The notes beneath the pieces are model-generated. The model searched no databases, was not told the DNA's origin, and saw only the letters and a program-made list of their open reading frames with translations. The position numbers were made by a program, and so were the translations under genes. From Candidatus Saccharimonadota bacterium (lineage in GTDB: Bacteria > Patescibacteriota > Saccharimonadia > Saccharimonadales > Saccharimonadaceae), in the NCBI GenBank assembly GCA_003246575.1, contig QJZZ01000001.1, positions 31,978 through 95,977 on the forward strand: DNA of 64,000 nt, written 5' to 3'. Below, one piece after another: positions 34,636-44,108 of the stretch. The stretch's first letter is position 1. Every line of letters starts with the position of its first letter.

Positions 34636-35301
34636 TTAGATGCGAAGACGACGCAAGAGTCGATCAATTGGGTCAAGACGAATTTCATGCATCGGCAGGC
34701 GTGCCGCCATCATATCGACAACGACTTCTCCGACTTCTTCCGGGAAATATACCGTTACACCAGGCTGAAATCGCTTGCGTGGTACGAGTAAAATAGAGTT
34801 TTCGTCATCGTCATGCACGAGACCAAACTCTTTGAACGTGTCAAAGCTGTAAAGTTTATCGTTTGCATGAAGACCTTTGCGACTCAACGTATAGTCGATG
34901 ATAGCGGGAGGACGGCGGACATAAATCACCAGCGCCGCGGCCATAACAGGCACGAGAATCGCGAACGTCCATGATCGAATCAAAAAGATCGCCACGGCGA
35001 CAAACGCCAAGATGACAAGCGCAAAAATGATATACCAGAGACCATTCTTTTCGCGATGAACATGCTCGGCTGCCTGCCAACGAACCAGCTCCTCTTCGCC
35101 CTCTTGTGCTGGGCTCGTCGCGTCGTCGTCGCTCGCTTCAACATACTGGTCGGCATCATCCGTTAGAGGCTGAGAATCGGTCTGCTCCGTCAAAGCAGCA
35201 TCAGAAACCGCAGGGGCCGCTGGCTGTTGCCAATCGTCGGTCGATTCGACCGGCTTCACCTCTGGGGTAGTGTCTGTTGGCTGTTGCTGTTGCGGCTGCA
35301 T
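34636..35301 (-). CDS. Membrane protein, acidic disordered N-terminus with 2 TM
   Basis: W.A.E....K...WY followed by two TM segments; ATG 35301 lies 6 nt after TGnTATACT. Confidence 0.8.
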   Translation of the reverse strand: MQPQQQQPTDTTPEVKPVESTDDWQQPAAPAVSDAALTEQTDSQPLTDDADQYVEASDDDATSPAQEGEEELVRWQAAEHVHREKNGLWYIIFALVILAFVAVAIFLIRSWTFAILVPVMAAALVIYVRRPPAIIDYTLSRKGLHANDKLYSFDTFKEFGLVHDDDENSILLVPRKRFQPGVTVYFPEEVGEVVVDMMAARLPMHEIRLDPIDRLLRRLRI

Positions 35302-35422
35302 ACTCACAGTATAGCATGAGGGGGTTGGAATTAAAGAGACAGCACAATGTCACGAAGAAAAACTCAATAGTGTATCATGGTGAAAACGTGCCACGACAGA
35401 GATATACTGATAGAATAACCGT

Positions 35423-36061
35423 ATGAACAATAAGCGTATATCAGTTCCATCTATAGTCAGCTTCGCACTTGGTGCATGTGTATTTCTCATGACTATCACA
35501 CCTCCGCTTTGGTTCGTACTTAGTCCATTAGTGTTTTACGTTCCCGCAGTAATTAGCCTTATGTTCGGAATTGTCGGTATTGTCATCGCCACAAATGATA
35601 GTCGCTCGGACATGCTCATAAGTATCGTTGCTCTCGTATTTCCTATACTATCTCTGTTTGTATTGTTTTATACCCGGCCACTCAGCGGAGCACCCACCTC
35701 AAACGAGAGCTCAAGCTCTTATCAAGCTCCTGTTGCACCAATCGATAGGACATATGACATTCTTGCAAATGAAGTGTCTGTAGGGTTTGGAGTCTTCACT
35801 ACGAGCACAGACGAGCTTGGAGAAACGTCGTACAGTCTCCCTGTCACCATCACGAATAAACTCACTGTGAGAAAAGCATACTCTATGGAAATAATAGCCA
35901 CCGGATCAGATAATCGTCGTATTGCAACCGATTATGTAGATGTGGACGATCTTGCCCCAGGTCAAGCGAAAACCATTGCAACGTTCCAGGACATCTACGC
36001 CTCGAAGACAAGCGCGATGGAAACTGCAACTTTTGCGATTGCACATATATCTGAACTGTAG
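35423..36061 (+). CDS. Membrane protein, 3 TM plus extracytoplasmic Ig-like domain
   Basis: Hydrophobic N-terminal half; V.ITNK...LAPGQ beta-rich C-terminal domain. Confidence 0.75.
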   Translation: MNNKRISVPSIVSFALGACVFLMTITPPLWFVLSPLVFYVPAVISLMFGIVGIVIATNDSRSDMLISIVALVFPILSLFVLFYTRPLSGAPTSNESSSSYQAPVAPIDRTYDILANEVSVGFGVFTTSTDELGETSYSLPVTITNKLTVRKAYSMEIIATGSDNRRIATDYVDVDDLAPGQAKTIATFQDIYASKTSAMETATFAIAHISEL

Positions 36062-36260
36062 ACGGGGTAGCAAAATTCTGGCGGAGGAGGGGAGATATCT
36101 GCGAGCATCTTCTGCTCACTCGTTTTGCCAAAAGCGAGCTTTCGCAAAACTTCATATCGCTACACCGAACATCCCGCCAAATTGCTTCGCAATTTACGCG
36201 GGAGTTCAAATCTCCCTAGGCAAGAAAATATCCCAGACATATATGCCTGGGATATTTTCT

Positions 36261-36353
36261 TGGCGGAGGAGGGGAGATTCGAACTCCCGCTGCAGGTCTC
36301 CCCACACTAACGATTTAGCAAACCGTCCCCTTCAGCCACTTGGGTACTCCTCC
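36261..36353 (-). tRNA. tRNA-Ser(GCT)
   Basis: Anticodon arm ACGGT-TTGCTAA-ATCGT, long variable arm, CCA. Confidence 0.97.
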
Positions 36354-36491
36354 GTGTGTGATTTTTTGAACAGCTTTCGCGGCTCTGGCTCGAGTCAGTA
36401 TAGCATAGTTCACCTCGATAGAAAACACCCTCGGACTAGACATTTTTGCCAAAATATGCAATAATCGAACCATAAACAAGGAGCATACACT

Positions 36492-36884
36492 ATGAAGAAA
36501 ATGATATCAGCAGTTCTCAGCCTCGCCGTCATCGCTACGACGTCTCTTTATTTTGCTCCTGCGACTCATGCCCTTGATGGTGTCCAGAATGGCGCAAACG
36601 CAGCACGTGGCACCGATCAACCGATTGATCTTTTCGGCGCCAACGGCACCTTTTCACTGATTACAAACGTACTCCTCTTCATCATCGGTGCGATTGCAGT
36701 CATCATGATCGTCATCGGTGGCATGCGCTATGTGATCTCTGGAGGTGATTCAAACCAGATCACCGCTGCCAAAAACACGATTCTCTACGCCATCATCGGT
36801 ATCATCGTTGCGATTCTCGCATATGCCGCAGTCAACTTCGTTATCAGTAGCTTTGCTCCTGGCTCAACTGGTACGAACGTCTAG
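36492..36884 (+). CDS. CPR-type pilin (TrbC/VirB2-like)
   Basis: Signal peptide plus GAIAVIMIVIGGMRY..SGGD....AKNTILYAIIG. Confidence 0.88.
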   Translation: MKKMISAVLSLAVIATTSLYFAPATHALDGVQNGANAARGTDQPIDLFGANGTFSLITNVLLFIIGAIAVIMIVIGGMRYVISGGDSNQITAAKNTILYAIIGIIVAILAYAAVNFVISSFAPGSTGTNV

Positions 36885-38260
36885 GGTTTTTCGAGTAAGA
36901 CAAACGTCTCATCAGAGGATGGCATGACCTGCCATCCTTTTTCTATAAGCGCAGTTGATAGATCTTCGTCGCGGTACCAAAGGACACAGCGCACATCATA
37001 TCGCGCAAATTCTACATCACGAATCGTCGCATCGTCGCTCACGGATAGATACGTGTCCATATATTTCACACCGTCTTCATTCGTCCAGCTCGGCATACGT
37101 CCATCGATATAGACCGGCACGTCAGGGAGTTGCCAGATCATGTACCCACCAAAGTTGTAGTGATTGAACACGCGCCCAGGACATGGGTGTTCAGCCAAAT
37201 AAGCGACTTGCTCCGGTGCATACGGCGCAGCAGGCGTTGGCGGTAGGGATACGTAGCGTCCTACGGAGTACACAAGCCCCCCGACAAGCACCGAGGCAAG
37301 TAGCGTGAGACCGATACGGATGCCTCGTTCCCGCCACAGTGGCGCAAACGAGAACGTGTACGGAAGTTTCAGCTTCGACAATTCATACAGAGAAAACACG
37401 ATGAAGAGAGGGATATGCCGACCACTCATCAGGCTCATCGCAAACAAAAGAACATCGAGGTGCAACAGCCGCTTCCATTTGAACCCAGCGAACAAAATGA
37501 GTGCGCCCCAGAACCCAGCGTACGTACCAAAGAGCGCATCGACTTGCCACGGTTGCCATTCGCTGACTTGCAAATGAAGGGACGAGTCGGTCATCGTGCG
37601 AATAATCTCTTCGTACATGTGCCAGCCGTACGGATTAATGAACGTCACGGCCACGGCAGCGAGCAGAGCCGCCCAACGCAGCGGACGCTTCCAATGCAGG
37701 CGCAGCGTCTCAAGCCCAATATAGGCGAAGCCGAGCACAAACGATCCATGCATATTTGCCCAGACGAGCATCAATCCGATCATAAGCCAGTACCAACGAC
37801 GTAGGCGCACGATCAATATCAGGAGCGCAGAAAATAATACCGACACTGTGATGGCTCGAACACCCGCGTAGGGAAGGGCGATGACCGCCGCCAGTACGAG
37901 CGCAGAACGATATTTGAGCTTCCAGCCGGCAATCATGAACGCCGCCGTCCACGCCAGTGCGTGGAGAGCCGCCACAAGCCAATAGCCCACTTGATAGACA
38001 TAGCTCGTCAATACATCTGTCAGCCATTCATGATCGATCCACGGAAACGATCTCGCCGTATAGGTGAAAATGTCATGCTCCGGAATACCGCTTGCTCGGA
38101 TATACTCTCCGGCCGCAAGGTGCCAGCCAAAATCCGGATCATACAGAAAAAACCCGCGCACAAAAAATAGCGTAAAAACGATAGCTAGTACCGCCCACCT
38201 TGGCGGACGGATGATCCAAAGTAACGCTTGGTCTCGCCAATTCGCGAGGTGAACTTTCAT
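36881..38260 (-). CDS. Multi-pass membrane glycosyltransferase-like protein (GT-C)
   Basis: DPDFGWHL..G, W.DHEW, WANMHGSF, INPYG and YIDGR; start reset to ATG 38260. Confidence 0.78.
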   Translation of the reverse strand: MKVHLANWRDQALLWIIRPPRWAVLAIVFTLFFVRGFFLYDPDFGWHLAAGEYIRASGIPEHDIFTYTARSFPWIDHEWLTDVLTSYVYQVGYWLVAALHALAWTAAFMIAGWKLKYRSALVLAAVIALPYAGVRAITVSVLFSALLILIVRLRRWYWLMIGLMLVWANMHGSFVLGFAYIGLETLRLHWKRPLRWAALLAAVAVTFINPYGWHMYEEIIRTMTDSSLHLQVSEWQPWQVDALFGTYAGFWGALILFAGFKWKRLLHLDVLLFAMSLMSGRHIPLFIVFSLYELSKLKLPYTFSFAPLWRERGIRIGLTLLASVLVGGLVYSVGRYVSLPPTPAAPYAPEQVAYLAEHPCPGRVFNHYNFGGYMIWQLPDVPVYIDGRMPSWTNEDGVKYMDTYLSVSDDATIRDVEFARYDVRCVLWYRDEDLSTALIEKGWQVMPSSDETFVLLEKP

Positions 38261-38381
38261 AGTGACTACTATAACGGGAGATGGGGTGTAGGTACAGACG
38301 TTCATGCTATACTCAGCAGCCACACCCCCGATATTGACTTTTTCACATTTTTGATGTATAGTAAATGAATAAATTGCTGCT

Positions 38382-40268
38382 ATGCACGAAAACAAAAACC
38401 GCCAACACACAGAAGCAAACTATCGCCAAAAGATAGACACGGCGCTCGCGATACCGCTTGATGCCAAGACTATCGATAGCTACGCTGATGCTGCGATCGA
38501 CAACGTGGCAGCAATCCTGAACAGTGCAGTAGAGGGGTATGCGCACCAACCAACCATACACCTCGGCGAGGAGGCATCACAGCGAGAACGCGAAGATGCT
38601 GCTCTGTCATATTTTGGAATTGAAAATGTCGACTACATTATCGAGCATATCGTCAAAAAAGCCGACCAACTTCACGAGCTAGACAGCTTCATCACTCAGA
38701 TACCTCACATAGATACCGTCATCACCCCACCAGATACGGATGAGCAGTACGTAATTCGCCCAGGCAACGAGAAGCCATTCACGCGTGCCGAAGTACTGCC
38801 AAAACTAAAAACACTCCTCTTCATAGCAGAGAATGAGTTTGACATTGATATCCACGAGCCAGACCAGCTTCGGATATCACTCGGTCAAACGCCCGAAAAT
38901 AGTGTCCGCGAACACGGCTACTACACCGTTAAGTTTCCATCGATACATCGCACCGTTCTTGTCTGTGACGAAGCAAAAAATATGACGTTCGTACTCGACT
39001 CGTCGATACTAGATGACGCAAAAATCAACATCGATGCACTTAGCTCGATGACGAAGCAGTCGCTGAAAGAGTACATCGCACAGAACCCATCCAGTGGTCG
39101 ATCCATACCGTACACCGCGAACTACTCGACAGATATTCGACACGCACTTCATGACTTGTCGACCGAAACGCCAGAAACGAGCGAGGCGACCAATTATCTT
39201 GTGCCGCCAGCGCCCGAACATATACTTAGCGTAAAGAAGATTGCAGCAAAAGTTGCCGTCTCGGAACCCGTAGTGCGTAAAGCCATTCACGAACTTGGGA
39301 TTGCCGACAGCGGAGACTATCGATTCGGTCCGTACACTACCAAGGGCTACGACGAAGGCATCATCGACAGAATAGACGCATATTTAGAACAAAATGGCTA
39401 TCAGACAGCACACCCCCCCGAAGGTTCATTGAGCATCAACAAAATTAGCAGCATACTAGGCATCGATTATTACACCGCTTCAAATGCAGCTGCCGAGCTT
39501 GGCCTGCAGGGTCTAGGCAGCCATCGATTTGGAACCAGGATTGCCAAGGCATACAGCGAAGAGGATATGGAGAAAATACGCGACCACCTCAAGGCCGAGT
39601 GGCATCTAGACGAGCCCATACCAGAAGGGTATATGACTATCGTGGGGATTTACAGTGCGTTGAATGCAGGCAGGCGTGCTGTCGAGAGTCAAATTAGCAC
39701 CCTAGGGATCCGCCCCGCAGGAACATACATTATTGGATCAAAAAAGGCCGATGTATACAGCGACACAGACATCGCAAAGATTGCCAGAGGGCTCAAGGAT
39801 TCTGGGTACGCCACCGAAGTCGCACCAGACGGATATTTAAGCGCCAGGGGTATTGCAAAAAAGTTCGGAGTAGCAAACAGTTCTATCCAAAAAATCCTAT
39901 CAGATAACCCTAGTATACAAACATCTGGTTTGTATCGGTTTGGCCCACAATCTACCGATGCCTATGATACTGAAAATGTTGAAGCGGTTCGGAAAATACT
40001 TGATGCTCAAGGGTTCTTTTCGGGACCTGCGCCTGAAGGGTGTTCGTCAATAAGTCAAATTGCGACGCAGCAAAATCTCTCGATCCATCATATTGCAAAA
40101 ACGGTGGAGACGCTCGGTGTTAAACCAGTTGGCAGGTTCCGTTTTGGACATCGAATCGCAGATGCCTACCCCCCGGAATCAGTACAACAGATCGTCGACC
40201 ATGCCACTCAAGCGAGTGCTTCGAGAAAGAGGTCAATCGGCGAAGCCGCGACCAGTCCCTACGCGTAA
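38382..40268 (+). CDS. Hypothetical protein with five tandem winged-HTH-like repeats
   Basis: Five ~69-aa units with consensus P.PEG..S...IA......G.YRFG.....Y. Confidence 0.8.
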   Translation: MHENKNRQHTEANYRQKIDTALAIPLDAKTIDSYADAAIDNVAAILNSAVEGYAHQPTIHLGEEASQREREDAALSYFGIENVDYIIEHIVKKADQLHELDSFITQIPHIDTVITPPDTDEQYVIRPGNEKPFTRAEVLPKLKTLLFIAENEFDIDIHEPDQLRISLGQTPENSVREHGYYTVKFPSIHRTVLVCDEAKNMTFVLDSSILDDAKINIDALSSMTKQSLKEYIAQNPSSGRSIPYTANYSTDIRHALHDLSTETPETSEATNYLVPPAPEHILSVKKIAAKVAVSEPVVRKAIHELGIADSGDYRFGPYTTKGYDEGIIDRIDAYLEQNGYQTAHPPEGSLSINKISSILGIDYYTASNAAAELGLQGLGSHRFGTRIAKAYSEEDMEKIRDHLKAEWHLDEPIPEGYMTIVGIYSALNAGRRAVESQISTLGIRPAGTYIIGSKKADVYSDTDIAKIARGLKDSGYATEVAPDGYLSARGIAKKFGVANSSIQKILSDNPSIQTSGLYRFGPQSTDAYDTENVEAVRKILDAQGFFSGPAPEGCSSISQIATQQNLSIHHIAKTVETLGVKPVGRFRFGHRIADAYPPESVQQIVDHATQASASRKRSIGEAATSPYA

Positions 40269-40360
40269 GGCTCCTCAGCTGCATAACAGGGAGGCGAGAT
40301 TCAATTTTGGCCATCGGGCAAAAATAATAAGACGACCGATATAGGTCGTCTTATTATTTT

Positions 40361-40448
40361 TGGCGGAGAGGGCGAGATTCGAACTCGCGGTGAGTTGCCC
40401 CACGACGGTTTTCAAGACCGTTACCTTAAACCACTCGGTCACCTCTCC
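40361..40448 (-). tRNA. tRNA-Ser(TGA)
   Basis: Anticodon arm ACGGT-CTTGAAA-ACCGT, long variable arm, CCA. Confidence 0.97.
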
Positions 40449-40630
40449 GTATATTGATTGTGAATTGTACCCACTGAGTACCGTGTGAAAACCGTCCGAA
40501 TTGACGTCTTCGTCATCAATTCCACGCCGGTTTGGTCGCTCCTGGCGACGCTTCGCCCAAGACCGTTACCTTAAACCACTCGGTCACCTCTCCATAATTA
40601 GTGAAGATACCAGGGGAGATTATACCAAAC

Positions 40631-41305
40631 TTACGGACGTACGTCGATAGGCTGACGAGAGGTGACTGCCACCCAGATATCACCAGCTCCTGCGTCCGCC
40701 AGAAGAGATGCGACTGCGCCGACGGTAAACCCAGTTGTATACACATCATCGACGAGAATATACGTAGTGTCCGCGGAGACAGGCCCAGAAAGCTCGTACG
40801 ACTCAGCAGCCTGGCGCTTTCGCTGCGTCCGCGACGCACCGTGCTGCACGTGTTGGACTTTTCGCGCGACGAGGTGCTGCAATGACACACGTCGTCGCCG
40901 TGCAAGTTCGGCCGCTATCTTTTCAGCGTGACCATACCCTCGCTGACGTATGTGGCGAGCGATTGTCGGGATGGGCACGATGATTGAACGTTCAGGAAGG
41001 TGGGGGAGAATCGCATCGAGAAGTTCAGCTTGGGCCCTACAGCCCGAGCGACTGGACCCGAACTTGCTCACAGACACCAGCGCGTCGAGCACACCCGTAT
41101 GTTCACCGACATACCAAGCATGTGAATAGGGCAATCTACACCGCGTACATCCACCCGACAACTGCCGTGGCAGCAAACAGGACGGACAGGCATCGGAGAA
41201 CTCTGAAACGATGTCGTCTTTACAACTTTCGCACAAAATGGCGCCAATTGCTCCGCAAGAGCAACAGTAGTCGGGCAAAATGAGCTCTAGAGGACCGTGT
41301 GGCAT
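40631..41305 (-). CDS. comF: ComF family protein (zinc ribbon plus phosphoribosyltransferase)
   Basis: Multiple CxxC, VPIP...RQRGY and ILVDDVYTTG; start reset to ATG 41305. Confidence 0.88.
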   Translation of the reverse strand: MPHGPLELILPDYCCSCGAIGAILCESCKDDIVSEFSDACPSCLLPRQLSGGCTRCRLPYSHAWYVGEHTGVLDALVSVSKFGSSRSGCRAQAELLDAILPHLPERSIIVPIPTIARHIRQRGYGHAEKIAAELARRRRVSLQHLVARKVQHVQHGASRTQRKRQAAESYELSGPVSADTTYILVDDVYTTGFTVGAVASLLADAGAGDIWVAVTSRQPIDVRP

Positions 41306-41414
41306 TGTTATTTTTACGTATACCCCTCTCGCGCGCTTGCGTATCTTTACAATAGTAGTTATAATCTCAAGTAGACTAGACGTCAAACTAGAGCCTAGAA
41401 AAGTGGAGGATATC

Positions 41415-41894
41415 ATGGCCCGTAAACAAAATGACGATTTGCTTATCGAGGACGAGCTGGCAGCAGCATTTCTCGATGACGACACGACTACTCCGGTTGA
41501 CGAACCGGTTGCCCAAGCTCCCGTACAGGAACAAGTGCAAGAAGACTGGCAAGACGAGCAGGATGATTTTCCTGGCCAGCTCGCTGTGGATGTATATGAA
41601 ACCGACGAACAACTCGTCATCAAAGCCCGCACCGCAGGCGTCAACAAGGAAGACCTTGATGTCAGCATTTCTGACGGCATCCTGTCTATTAGCGGCACCC
41701 TCAGTAGCGGCGACGACTCAGACGCAACCAACTGGCACGTTCAGGAATGTTACTGGGGCGAATTCAACCGCACCTTGGCACTTCCTGTTGCTGTTCGCGA
41801 AGAAGAAGTTGGCGCTGTCCTCAAAGACGGTGTCCTGACAATCACCTTCAATAAGGTCAAGCAAGAGCAGGCAAAGAAGATTACTATCCAGTAG
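41415..41894 (+). CDS. Hsp20/alpha-crystallin small heat-shock protein
   Basis: VDVYET, AGV..EDLDV, G.F.R...LP, DGVLTI and C-terminal I.I; GGAGG RBS. Confidence 0.93.
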   Translation: MARKQNDDLLIEDELAAAFLDDDTTTPVDEPVAQAPVQEQVQEDWQDEQDDFPGQLAVDVYETDEQLVIKARTAGVNKEDLDVSISDGILSISGTLSSGDDSDATNWHVQECYWGEFNRTLALPVAVREEEVGAVLKDGVLTITFNKVKQEQAKKITIQ

Positions 41895-42015
41895 TCGATC
41901 AGCGTTACTCGAAATACTCCGCACTTGCGGAGTATTTTTTATGTTGCATTATTTTTGCTCGCTATACAAAGATACCCCGCAAACGCGGGGTATCTATATT
42001 TCCAGAAGGGAAGTG

Positions 42016-42402
42016 TTATGCAGCGAAACTTGTGATAACGAAGTTGACAGCTGCGTATGCAAGGATAGCAACAATGATACCGATGATGGCATAGAGAATC
42101 GTGTTCTTCGCAGCAGTTACGGCGTTTGAGTCACCGCCAGATACAGTGTAGCGAATACCACCGATAACGAGCATGACGACAGCAACGGCACCGATGACAA
42201 AGAGGAGCACGTTAACAACTGTCTGGAAGACACCGCCTTCGCCGGTCAAGTTACTTGCCTGGCCGTTACCCCTGGCAGCATTGACTGAGTCACTAAGGCC
42301 TGGTACTACAGCAAACGAATCAGCTGGCAAGACAGAGCCAACGACGAGCGCAGCTACAGGCAAGGCAGCGATAAGGCCGATAAGTTTTTTGCTAAATTTC
42401 AT
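42016..42402 (-). CDS. CPR-type pilin (TrbC/VirB2-like)
   Basis: Close paralog of 36492-36884. Confidence 0.88.
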   Translation of the reverse strand: MKFSKKLIGLIAALPVAALVVGSVLPADSFAVVPGLSDSVNAARGNGQASNLTGEGGVFQTVVNVLLFVIGAVAVVMLVIGGIRYTVSGGDSNAVTAAKNTILYAIIGIIVAILAYAAVNFVITSFAA

Positions 42403-42477
42403 TGATGCTATCCCTTCTTAATTTAGTAGCGTCTTTATCTATTATTTATACCAGATAACGGATTGGGCGTAAAGCCC

Positions 42478-42843
42478 CTAGGCAAAGATCATGATGACGA
42501 ACTGGACTATCGCATAGGCGAATATTGCAACAGCGAGTCCGATGACCGCATACATGATCGTGTCTTTGGCTGCCTTGATTTGACCTGGCTCGCCATTTGA
42601 CGTCGTATAACGAATGCCGCCGACAATAATCATGATCACCGACACGCTACCGATCAAATACAATAAAGTATTGATGATGTTCCGGATCAAGCTTGTTGCA
42701 TCATCGGTATTCGCAGCCTTACATACCTGTGCGTCAGGGTTAGCCGCGCAATCATCGAACACATTGATGGCACCGACTGGCGCAACCAACAGGGTAGAAC
42801 CGAGCCCTACGAGGGTTAATAGATATCCTAATCGTTTCAGCAT
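42478..42843 (-). CDS. CPR-type pilin
   Basis: GGIRYTTS.G.....AKDTIMYAVIG. Confidence 0.87.
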   Translation of the reverse strand: MLKRLGYLLTLVGLGSTLLVAPVGAINVFDDCAANPDAQVCKAANTDDATSLIRNIINTLLYLIGSVSVIMIIVGGIRYTTSNGEPGQIKAAKDTIMYAVIGLAVAIFAYAIVQFVIMIFA

Positions 42844-42852
42844 ATAGACTCC

Positions 42853-43593
42853 TTATCCTACGCTTCCTAATACAAATTGAGTGATAATGTATGCCATCAG
42901 TACTACGATGAGCCCAACAACGGCGCCCAGTATGCCCTTACGTGCACGCTGAACCATCTGCGCATCCCCACGAGACGTCACAAAGAAGAAGCCTGCGATG
43001 ACGATGACGAGCACCGCGACGATTGCCGCCCATATATATGCCGCATTCAAGATTGCAGCCAGTGCGCTCTGATCAGCGCCAACCTGTTGGATGTTCACAT
43101 TAGTACCGCCTATCTTCGATGTCGTACTCGTAGCAGTGAAGATCGATGAGACAAGCGTGACTGTCGCAACAGAAAAGATCGATATAATCAATCCCACCAA
43201 GGAATTGGTGATGGTCTTTTTTGCCGACGTCATGAGATTTGAATCACCAGCACTTGTAATGTACTGATAGCCACCCACGATCAACATAACAAGAGCCGCA
43301 TACCCAACGAGCTGCAGGATAATCTCGATAACGTTCATGACGATACGAGTTACGTATCCTTCGATACCGATTTGCGTATTTGGGTCGGTGACTTTACTCG
43401 CAATATCCTTCAGCTCACAGTTCGTCCCCGGTTTTGTCAGGCCCTTGTACCATGCAGGAAATGTGAGAAGCGTATCGCCACAAGTAGGACCTGTTGCATA
43501 CGTGCTTGTCGCTGGCTGCGCGATAGCTACCAGACCAGAGAGGCTGCCAATTATGGCAAGTGACAGTACGAATCGTTTGAATGTACGAATCAT
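42853..43593 (-). CDS. Tandem two-domain pilin
   Basis: Two pilin units (GGYQYITSAGD..AKKTI and AGFFFVTSRGD..ARKGI); ATG 43593 overlaps the upstream stop. Confidence 0.85.
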   Translation of the reverse strand: MIRTFKRFVLSLAIIGSLSGLVAIAQPATSTYATGPTCGDTLLTFPAWYKGLTKPGTNCELKDIASKVTDPNTQIGIEGYVTRIVMNVIEIILQLVGYAALVMLIVGGYQYITSAGDSNLMTSAKKTITNSLVGLIISIFSVATVTLVSSIFTATSTTSKIGGTNVNIQQVGADQSALAAILNAAYIWAAIVAVLVIVIAGFFFVTSRGDAQMVQRARKGILGAVVGLIVVLMAYIITQFVLGSVG

Positions 43594-43985
43594 TAGTTGA
43601 ACACCCCTCCTGGGACCAGCCACTGTATGGCCGCCCACATCAATGCGTACGCAACAATACCGATTGCCGCATTTCGAATCATCTCCTTTGCCTTCTTCGT
43701 CTGCCCCTCATCTGATTGGGCGGTAGTGTAGAGGAATGCTGCATAGGCAATCATTGCTACAGCAGCAAGACCGACCGCTCCACTCAATATGTTGACGATA
43801 TAGATCACGAGTAACCACGTACTGCTTGATTCAAGGTCCCCAGCATCAGACCCATCACATATACTCTGGGGGAGGACAGTACAGGTAATTCCAGCAGCGT
43901 ACGTAGGCGTTGATACTACCAGCGCCCCGCCAAGTAGTACGGTCAGTACCCCCGATGAGACGATTATTTGTTTTATTAGATTCAT
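43593..43985 (-). CDS. CPR-type pilin
   Basis: AAFLYTTA......KAKEMIRNAAIG. Confidence 0.85.
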   Translation of the reverse strand: MNLIKQIIVSSGVLTVLLGGALVVSTPTYAAGITCTVLPQSICDGSDAGDLESSSTWLLVIYIVNILSGAVGLAAVAMIAYAAFLYTTAQSDEGQTKKAKEMIRNAAIGIVAYALMWAAIQWLVPGGVFN

Positions 43986-44108
43986 AGCCCTAGCATAAGC
44001 GAGTGTTTGGTTTTATGCAACACCCCTGGCAGGTAGTCAAAAATACTCTTACCCCGTATAGACGTAAGCATTGACTTTTTGGGCCTAAAGTGGTAGAATC
44101 AATAGGTA

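Noticed and set aside
40361..40593. tRNA echo elements as intron-containing, split or permuted tRNAs
   Set aside because: An intact full-length tRNA is adjacent in each case, and the second fragment is inverted, so splicing could not rebuild a tRNA.
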